A stretch of 57,425 nucleotides of DNA, the filler included, from Circinaria calcarea (taxonomy: Eukaryota), in assembly GCA_051942165.1 (NCBI GenBank). It is 2 parts of 2 records of this genome, joined end to end, with 100 filler letters (N's around TTAATTAATTAA, not from the genome) between each part and the next. Parts side by side here need not be neighbours in the genome. Positions count along the whole stretch, not along the records: positions 28,789 to 57,425 come from JAVECS010000053.1; 1 more part is not named here. One strand, written 5' to 3'. Under the pieces are notes generated by a model. It was given only the letters and a program-made list of their open reading frames with translations, was not told the origin of the DNA and did no database searches. Every line of letters starts with the position of its first letter. The stretch's first letter is position 1. Below are positions 48,829-57,425 of this stretch, in pieces. A program made the position numbers and the translations under genes.

Positions 48829-51800
48829 ATGCTTTACGGCCAAAGCATCCCATGGAGAACCGCCCTCCGCAACGCACCACGGGCTACGACCCAAACGCCA
48901 GTAGCGGCTAGGAAATACTCGACTACTCCTTTTCCGTATATACATCAAAGGCTTACCTTTCGCCGACCACTCTCAAGCTTATTGAACGCGCCCTTACGAC
49001 ATTCAACATTACGTACATTCGCCACGTCTCCAGCGAGGCGGAAAGAAGAAAACCCTGACGATACCCCCGACCCTATACCAGTAACAGGTAATTCTAGAAC
49101 TGAGCATAAATCCGGGGAGAAGCAGATCCCTATACCTGCAAATAGCGAGGAAACCGCAGAAGCAAAAAAGGAGCCTAACGCAGGGCCAGGATCGGACAAG
49201 ACAATAGATACAAGAGGTACTAGCGGTACAGGTAGCAGCGGTGACGCTGGGTCTGGAGGTGGAGATGGAGGGAAGAGAGGAGGCCGCAAAGCCCCGACGG
49301 AGCGGGCGTTACAAAAGCCATCGATTCCCGAAGTCTATCCCCAGGTCATGGCCATACCAATTGCAAAGCGTCCGCTCTTTCCCGGTTTCTACAAGGCTAT
49401 TACTATCCGCGATCCCAACGTTACATCTGCCATACAGGAGATGATAAGGAGAGGCCAGCCATACGTGGGGGCGTTCCTCTTCAAGGACGAGAGCGCAGAC
49501 AAGGACGTCATCGATAGCATGGGTGATGTTCATGACGTTGGTGTGTTTGCGCAAATCACCAGCGCGTTCCCCGTACATGGTGAAGAGAACAGTCTTACTG
49601 CTGTTCTGTACCCACACCGAAGAATCAAGATGTCCGCTTTGATCCCACCCATCCAAATGAAAGACCAGCCTGCGACTGGTTCAACTACGGTGGAGGCACA
49701 GCCTGTGCAAGCGGACAAGCCAAAACAGGATGAAACGGGTAAAACAGGAGACGTCGTTGCGAGTTTTGAAGAGTCGAATGTTACACAACCCCCAAAGGAG
49801 GTTCCACCATATGGGCCGACATCCTTCCTTCGCAACTACGCTGTCAGCTTGGTCAATGTTGATAACATGATAGAACAGCAGCATGATAAGAAAAGCCCCG
49901 TTACCAAGGCCGTTACAAGTGAGATTGTTAACGTCTTCAAAGATGTCGCGAACCTCAATCCTCTGTTCCGGGATCAGATTTCCACGTTCTCCATCAGTCA
50001 GTCGGCTGGTAACATCATGGATGAGCCGGGAAAGCTTGCTGACTTCGCCGCCGCTGTTTCTGCCGGAGAGATTCGTGAATTGCAAGACGTGCTAGAAACA
50101 ATGAATATCGAGGAGCGACTGACTAAGGCGTTAACTGTTTTGAAGAAAGAATTGATGAATGCTCAACTGCAAAACAAGATTTCGAAGGATGTAGAGAATA
50201 AGATTCAAAAGCGCCAACGAGAATACTGGCTCATGGAGCAAATGAAGGGTATCCGCCGAGAACTCGGAATAGAATCTGACGGCAAAGACAAACTGGTAGA
50301 GAAATTTAAGGAGAAGGCTAATAATCTAGCGATGCCTGAGCCGGTTAAGAAAGTCTTTGAAGAGGAACTCAACAAGCTGGCTCACCTCGAGGCTGCAGCT
50401 TCGGAGTTTAATGTAACTCGCAACTATCTCGATTGGCTGACGCAGATACCTTGGGGCCAGCGAAGTGCGGAAAATTTTGGCATCAAAAACGCAATGACTG
50501 TTTTAGACGAGGATCATTACGGCTTGAAAGACGTTAAAAATCGTATATTGGAGTTCATTGCAGTTGGCAAGCTGCGAGGTACTGTCGAAGGAAAAATTCT
50601 ATGCTTTGTGGGTCCTCCTGGCGTTGGTAAGACAAGCATAGGAAAGTCGATAGCACGGGCTCTCAACCGGCAGTATTACAGATTCAGTGTGGGGGGTCTG
50701 ACGGATGTGGCCGAGATCAAAGGCCACCGACGAACATATGTTGGAGCTCTCCCTGGACGCATCATTCAAGCTCTAAAGAAGTGTCAAACCGAGAACCCAC
50801 TCATCCTCATTGATGAAGTGGACAAGATTGGTCGCGGTCACCAGGGTGATCCTTCTTCAGCGCTGCTAGAATTACTAGATCCGGAACAAAACAACTCATT
50901 CCTTGACCACTATATGGATGTACCTGTGGACCTCTCCAAGGTGCTCTTTGTCTGCACAGCGAATATGACCGACACGATCCCACGTCCATTACTTGACAGG
51001 ATGGAGATGATCGAGCTCTCCGGCTATGTCGCAGATGAGAAGATGGCTATTGCAGAGAGGTACTTGGCTCCTGCGGCGAAGGAACTGAGCGGTCTGAAGG
51101 ATGTCGACGTTTCCCTGAACAAGGGTGGGATCGAAGAGCTTATCAAGTCGTATTGCCGTGAAAGCGGGGTTCGGAATCTGAAGAAGCAGATTGAAAAGGT
51201 CTATCGCAAGTCAGCTCTTAAAATTATTCAGGATATAGGCGAAGACGTTTTATCGGAAGACAAGGCTTTGACCGAGGAAGGCAAAGCTGCACAAGAAGAA
51301 TCGAAGAAGGACCAGAGCGACGTTAGAGAAACACCGCAGAACATTGCTAATGAGACCACTGAAACGCCGCGGGTTAGTCTCAAGGTACCAGACAGTGTGC
51401 ACGTTAGCATCGGGAAAGACAATCTCAAGGACTACGTCGGACCGCCTATCTTTACATCAGATCGATTATATGATAGGACGCCTCCGGGTGTAGCAATGGG
51501 ATTGGCCTGGACGAGTATGGGAGGAGCTGCGTTATACGTCGAGTCGATTCTGGAGAACGCGCTCAATGCTTCGTCCAAACCTGGCCTCGAACGCACCGGA
51601 AACTTGAAAAATGTGATGAAAGAATCAACCATCATAGCTTACTCCTTTGCCAAATCTGTTATGGCAAAGATGTTCCCAGAAAACAAATTCTTTGAAAAGG
51701 CCCGGTTGCACTTACATTGTCCGGAGGGCGCTGTCCAAAAAGATGGTATTACTGCGTCACTGTAGGCATATACACTTTACTAATGAGCGGTAGGGCCCTC

Positions 51801-52228
51801 TGCTGGAATTACCATGGCAACATCGTTGTTGTCTTTGGCGCTGAACAAGCCGCTTGATCCTACCATTGCCATGACTGGCGAATTAACGGTCACCGGCAAG
51901 GTACTGCGAATAGGGGGCTTGCGAGAGAAGACCGTTGCTGCCCGACGCGCCGGTGCCAAAACAATCATCTTCCCAGCGGACAATACATCAGATTGGTTGG
52001 AGTTACCTGAGGTACGCGCTAGTCGCTTGTACTCATTCCACGAATGGAGCGCTGACACCTCGGATCTAGAATATCAAAGAAGGTATTGACGGTCATGCCG
52101 CGAGCTGGTACTCGGACGTCTTTGAACTCGTGTTCCCAAACATTGACACCAATGAAGCCAACAATTTATGGAAAGGTCAATTGGAGAAGTTCGATAAGGA
52201 GGGTAAAGAAGCCGAGGACGGCGAATAA
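48829..52228 (+). CDS. PIM1: Mitochondrial Lon protease, 3 exons
   Basis: Presequence, [17 protein letters not shown], Walker [25 protein letters not shown], catalytic KDG|PSAG (Ser, across an intron) and IGGLREK (Lys). Confidence 0.97.
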
Positions 52229-53940
52229 GGCCAGAGACGGGTGGATTAGGTGGCATGTAATAGAGTAAGGCTACACTTGTATGGCTGTAGCACGGACTGC
52301 ATCATCTTGGGAGTTCAGTTCAGCGCTAGAATCAGGCATTTTAGGATTGGATGCGGATGGCGAGTGTAAGCCAATCGGGGCCGAGGGGTGGCTTTTTGTC
52401 GTTGTCGCATCCTCACGCGAGCACCTCCACTCTGTCGATTGGATTACCTCTGTATATAGAAAGCCGAACGTGCTTCCGGGCGAGTGAGAATGGTTTGGTT
52501 ACCTGCATTGTCGAAGCGTCGTGTAGCACCTACAGGTAGAGAGAGGTCATACAAACTACTCATAGAGCACTCTGACGCTGAACCGATTTATGATATACAG
52601 CACGTCATGACCTTTGATTTAGTGAAGTCGAGTTGGGATGCGAGGCAGTAAACCCTGGATAGGTCGACCAAAGCGGAGACGTACCTACCGATCGGTAGGT
52701 AGACTTCAATCGCATCGATGAGCCAGGCCAAAGCTGCGGCAAGCGTCAGTGGAATATGGAGACAATTGGAGGGTAGTATACGTACTAGAGGCATGAAACT
52801 TATGCGGTCTAAGAGCCGGCCCGCCATTCAGGAGAGCGCACATGGCTGCAAGGTTGGTGGAGCAAAAGGGAAGGAGGGATGCCCTATTCCGAGTCTTTGG
52901 GCTATCATTTGGTGGATATTATCGTCAGCCTTCAGGATGCGGGGTGCACCAGGTAAGGAACATCGAATGGTGCGAGACCACGCAGCAGGAGACGTCGGTG
53001 CTAATGCAGCGGTGTTGAAGCGAGTGGAATAGTGAGGTGAACAGGCGTCCCTCAGCATTGTCGGATCAGTGCCCGAAGTTGCTAGGACGCTTGGATGAGT
53101 GCGAGTAGGGTATCTGGTGCAGTCCAGGGAATGAACAGGTCGTTAATGCAAGACAAGACGCAGCAAAGAGAGGAGGGGGGAGGGGGGCATTGAACTGATA
53201 TAGATTAAGGGTGTCGCAACCGTGATAGTAGTGCGAGGAAGGTGACTTGATGGGCTTGCCTGAATCGAGGGCAACCTTCCTGCCACCGATTGGATTTCTG
53301 TGCTCGGCTCTCTTTGCCCATCTGCTAAGCCGCTGCGTCAGCTCGGTCCATCCTTTGGAATAGGGGTAGGAATTGCCATACGACAAGAGAGCGGGGCGAA
53401 ACGGGGCAGTTTCTGAGCTGTTTCCTACTTCTGGCCGCCTTTGGGCCGCCTTACCTGTGGAACTATTCTGGCCTACTTGATTTCTGGCGGTGTGGGCGTC
53501 TGTTGGTCTTCTCCCCCTTTAGAACATCCCCCTACTACGGATTACTTCCTTCTGGGGTCAGAGCGAATCAAGCCCCAGCCCCGGGCGCCATTGGGAGCCG
53601 AAAGGTTGCCTCGCCGCTGGTTCCAAGTCGTACCCACCAAACCTCAGATTCAAGCCTCCCCGACTCCGCACAATTCCCTCTGTTTTCGATCTCCCAAATC
53701 TCAATAAGATCCCTGACAGACAATAATCACCTCTGGCTGTCGATTGTCGCTTGAACAAACTCCCGTGATACACCTGAGGCGCTGATATCTTCGCGCTTGG
53801 GTATTGGCATAGCACATGCCGTTGGAAGCAATCCACGCGCATTAATCTATGGATACGTGCAGCGCTGTCAAACAATCATCCCCCAGTCCATCGCCCCCCT
53901 CCCGGCTCATGTCCGCATTGTTCGCCACTCGACCGATTCA

Positions 53941-56415
53941 ATGGCCTCGCCTCCCGAAAGCATCGCACCGTTCCCAACCTTGTCCATTGAGGCGGAGAAG
54001 AATGAGCAGAAGCCGATATGGCATCGGTTCAGTAGGTGGATAGGACGTAATGATCCAGCACAATGCCCGGATCGGAAACAAGAGACGGATTCCATCAGGC
54101 CGGGACTCCTGGGTAGGAGGTTCTCGCGAAAGGTGGTTCCCGGGCTTCCACGACCTGCGACCTTCAGGAGGCAGAATTCAGAGCGCCGCGAGCATCTGAC
54201 GCCGGTCGAACCGAGGCGGATTGAACCAAGGTCCACATCAATTGAAAGACGGCGGGCCATGAGTGCTCGCCCCCCCTCACCAGCTCCCGTCGCCGTACCA
54301 AAATTGTCAGCCCCGGCTGTTTGCGAGATTGACCACGGCTCATCACCGCTGACATCTGACACAAACCGTAACGGATCTCTACAAAATCCGGATCAACACC
54401 CCCCTGTTCGTCCAGCCCCACCTCCATCACCACCGCCAGACATCGAGCCAGACATCGAGCCCGACAGCACACCAGGCTTGGAAGGCGCCATGACGGAAGC
54501 CTCATCTGATGGTGACCCGGTAGATGCTGAGATCAAGGCCGAGTTGGAGGAGAAATGGATACTCAACTTGAGTATGCACTTCCGGGACCGATCGCCACGA
54601 GAGAAGTTCTTCGTCACCTATGCCGAGACACCCACCCGATGGCGAAGGGTAACGGTATCTTGTGACTATCGAGACGCCCCGCCGGATTCTCTCGAGCGTG
54701 ATCTACAGACTTTACAATATCAGCGAGATAAGAGCGCTCGAATTTACGAAGCTATACGTATGTCATTGCCAGACATCCAGTTCTATGATACCGTTACCAA
54801 CCTCAAGTTGGAGACTAGTCAAGATGATCGTCTCCATGTCCATGTCACGGAGGACACTAACGAGATCATCCCTTACCCATCTGTACATGCCGTTCAACAT
54901 CTTCAAGTGAAGGTTGTTCGGGAAAGCGAGGTTAACTTTGAAGCCCATATGTCTGGCTTTGTCTACAAAGTCAGGGTCGACGGCCAGATTTGTATCAAAA
55001 AAGAAATACCTGGTCCCGACAGCGTCGATGAATTTTTGTATGAGATCAACGCCTTGCATTCGTTGGCAGGGTCAAAGAACGTAATCCAATTTCGCGGTCT
55101 CGTGGTGGATGAGCGAATTAGGGTCATCAAAGGTCTTCTGATAGATTACGCAGAACAGGGTCCTCTTGTTGACACTCTCTTTGACTACAAGGGTACTCTC
55201 TCGTGGGCCAGGAGGGAGCGCTGGGCAAAGGAGATTATCCAAGGCCTGTCTGAAATACATGAAGCTGGTTTCGTGCAAGGTGACTTTACCCTATCTAATA
55301 TCGTAATCGATGAAGAAAATAGAGCTCAGATCATCGATATTAACCGCCGTGGCTGTCCTGTTGGTTGGGAGCCACCAGAGATAGCCCGGCTCATCGAAAG
55401 CAGTCAAAGGATCTCGATGTATATTGGCGTCAAGTCGGACCTGTTTCAGTTAGGAATGGTGCTGTGGGCCCTCGCAGAGGAAGAGGACGAACCGGAGAGA
55501 CAGCCAAGACCTCTGAGTCTGAGTCCAGCGAATACCACTGTACCTGCATATTTCCGCAATCTTGTGTTGAAATGTCTAAGCGAGCGCCCAAAAGATCGAT
55601 TAGCAGCCAAAGATCTCTTATCCTTCTTTCCGGAGGACTTAAGCCAGCCAAGCATGGAGGTGCTCCGACCACCTCTCCATGGCCACCTTAGTCTTTCTAT
55701 ACCCTCTGAAACCAGATACATCAACCCGGCCGACGCGGTCGAGCGAGAAGATCTTGATCTGCACCGTCGTCACTTGGTTTCTGGTGGGGTATCTTCCGAG
55801 TCCCACACTTACGTTGACCGTCCTGGTCTTTCCATCGACAGCCCTTTTGACGGACCAAGCTCCTGCGTTGTTCCCCGTAGGGGAAGGCAGCGAGCGGTCA
55901 ACACGGCTCACCCGGAAGGTTCCGAGTCTAGTGCTCATTCCAGAGAGGTCTCCCCAAACGATGATGAGCAGGAAGAGCCACAGATTGTTTCCATATCCCC
56001 GACAGGCGAACACAGGTGGCAGGAGTTTCAGCTGGATGGCAAACCATATATCATCCAAAACGGTTCGATTGGCTCTGACGATGATACTGAAGATGCGGAT
56101 AATGTGCGTGGGAGGCCGAATAGAAATATACGGAGGTTGGTGACCGGTCGACTTGGCGAGAATTCAAGCACCGAGGGAATGAGACATTTACTTTCCATGG
56201 AGCATGTTGATTCCGGGCTAGCGGACATGGATCTCATTGGCGTTGGCGGGCATGAAGCTTTAAAGGCGGATGAGATCGAAAGGGGGGAGCGTGGGGATAT
56301 AGAGCTGGATATGGAGGAGGGCGAAGGTGAAGACGGGAAGTCGGAAGATCGTCCGAACCTCACGAGTGAACACGCTAGGTCAGGCGACATTGCTCCTGAG
56401 GCAGTCGGGCAATAG
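53941..56415 (+). CDS. Protein kinase-like protein with non-canonical catalytic motifs
   Basis: CIKKE (VAIK-like), EFLYEINAL, FVQGDFTLSNIV, IIDINRRG, GWEPPE, KSDLFQLGMVLW and CLSERPKDR. The N-terminal region contains WILNLSMHFRD. Confidence 0.88.
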   Translation: MASPPESIAPFPTLSIEAEKNEQKPIWHRFSRWIGRNDPAQCPDRKQETDSIRPGLLGRRFSRKVVPGLPRPATFRRQNSERREHLTPVEPRRIEPRSTSIERRRAMSARPPSPAPVAVPKLSAPAVCEIDHGSSPLTSDTNRNGSLQNPDQHPPVRPAPPPSPPPDIEPDIEPDSTPGLEGAMTEASSDGDPVDAEIKAELEEKWILNLSMHFRDRSPREKFFVTYAETPTRWRRVTVSCDYRDAPPDSLERDLQTLQYQRDKSARIYEAIRMSLPDIQFYDTVTNLKLETSQDDRLHVHVTEDTNEIIPYPSVHAVQHLQVKVVRESEVNFEAHMSGFVYKVRVDGQICIKKEIPGPDSVDEFLYEINALHSLAGSKNVIQFRGLVVDERIRVIKGLLIDYAEQGPLVDTLFDYKGTLSWARRERWAKEIIQGLSEIHEAGFVQGDFTLSNIVIDEENRAQIIDINRRGCPVGWEPPEIARLIESSQRISMYIGVKSDLFQLGMVLWALAEEEDEPERQPRPLSLSPANTTVPAYFRNLVLKCLSERPKDRLAAKDLLSFFPEDLSQPSMEVLRPPLHGHLSLSIPSETRYINPADAVEREDLDLHRRHLVSGGVSSESHTYVDRPGLSIDSPFDGPSSCVVPRRGRQRAVNTAHPEGSESSAHSREVSPNDDEQEEPQIVSISPTGEHRWQEFQLDGKPYIIQNGSIGSDDDTEDADNVRGRPNRNIRRLVTGRLGENSSTEGMRHLLSMEHVDSGLADMDLIGVGGHEALKADEIERGERGDIELDMEEGEGEDGKSEDRPNLTSEHARSGDIAPEAVGQ

Positions 56416-57299
56416 TCGGATGTATGGATTGGGTACCGGTCAAAATCACGGTGCATTTTGCCCCTGCTCGACTTTGATCGTCGACCTATACCTTGCAATC
56501 GGCGTGCGGTTCTCCCATGGCGTCACCACCACTGATTCTATGACTCGGAGAACATAGTTGATGACCTACGCAGCTAACTCTACAGCCTCCGTAAAAGCTC
56601 AGGCTCGACTTAAATAACGTATATGCCAGTACTACGACACCCATCTCGCGCCTGCGGGTATTCGGAACGCAGGATAGAAAGACAGTGGCGGGCACGGCTA
56701 TAATAATGAGGAAAAGGGCTTAGGGGTTGAATAAAGGGTTCAGGCGAGCCGTAGATTGACGGCGAGGATGGATTTGCCGTCAAGTGATGAATTCAGATCC
56801 GGGCCCGACACACCCGTTTCACATTACCTATTCTTTGCTTCCAGATGTACAAAATACAATACCATACGCGCTGGAGACCTTTTATCATGTGTGTATGCAG
56901 CCAAGCTACTTCTTTGAGTTGCTTGCCTAGGCGAAGGGGTATGTCCATACAAGGGGAGGGAACGGGAAAAGGGGGGCCTTGTGTTCAACTTGGAGGGGTT
57001 GAAGATGTGCTTAGGGGGCTAGAGTAGACAGACGAACATGAAACTTGCTTCTTCTTTACACAGCCTATGATTATGACCTAAAAACCGATCATGCCAACAC
57101 TCCAACGGTGAGTGGGGGGGCCGATGTGGAATTTTGGCTCCCCTCCCTACGAGGTATTCCTCTCCTGCTCTAGGGAAACATAAGGTCTAGTTAATCATTT
57201 TTTCCCCCTCCATCCCTTTGGGAGCCTCTAGGAGGCCTATTACCCAAACTCCCCCGGATCCCGTGGGGATGGGATAGCTTAGGACCTATTCACACCCCC

Positions 57300-57368
57300 C
57301 CTTCTCTTTCTCTTTCTCTTTCTCTTTCTTCTCGGTTCTGTATCTGTATCTGTATGTGTATGTGTACA
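57300..57368. repeat. Microsatellite/low-complexity tract ((TCTCTT)n then (TGTATC/TGTATG)n)
   Basis: Visible tandem hexamers near the contig end, which terminates in poly-C. Confidence 0.7.
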
Positions 57369-57425
57369 ATGTGGTATGATCCTATTTTGTTCCACGCAAA
57401 TAAAACCCCCCCCCCCCCCCCCCCC

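Noticed and set aside
146..57027. Numerous short antisense or overlapping ORFs in the six-frame track; also tRNA, rRNA and CRISPR searches by eye
   Set aside because: The short ORFs are shadows of real genes or intron read-through. No tRNA cloverleaf, rRNA or regularly spaced repeat array was seen.

Overview
Eukaryotic DNA from a filamentous ascomycete (Pezizomycotina), judged from short GT-AG introns with CTRAY branch points and fungal gene families. The window is almost certainly two unrelated contigs (about 28.69 kb and 28.64 kb) joined by an artificial spacer, N44-TTAATTAATTAA-N44, at 28689-28788. The left contig carries IQGAP and IMPDH (whose long intron hosts a snR54-like box C/D snoRNA). 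These are followed by a ~11 kb accessory island: a DUF3328/UstYa-type oxidase, a spliced 65-aa secreted peptide gene with a Kex2-type site that the ORF track misses, a PTH11/SAT4-like membrane protein, a 2OG-Fe(II) dioxygenase, an MFS exporter and decayed remnants. CTNNBL1, an ERCC6L2/Rad26-like SNF2 helicase and a truncated zinc-finger gene complete the contig. The right contig carries BRO1, MDJ1, a SAP30-like gene, an HhH-GPD glycosylase, a C2H2/fungal-specific transcription factor, CDC73 (with a perfect 23-bp inverted repeat upstream), a hypothetical protein, mitochondrial Lon (PIM1) and an atypical protein kinase. The most interesting signal is the head-to-head DUF3328 plus small secreted peptide pair, a candidate non-canonical fungal RiPP system with a single, tyrosine-free core. 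Exon boundaries were read by eye and no database searches were run.
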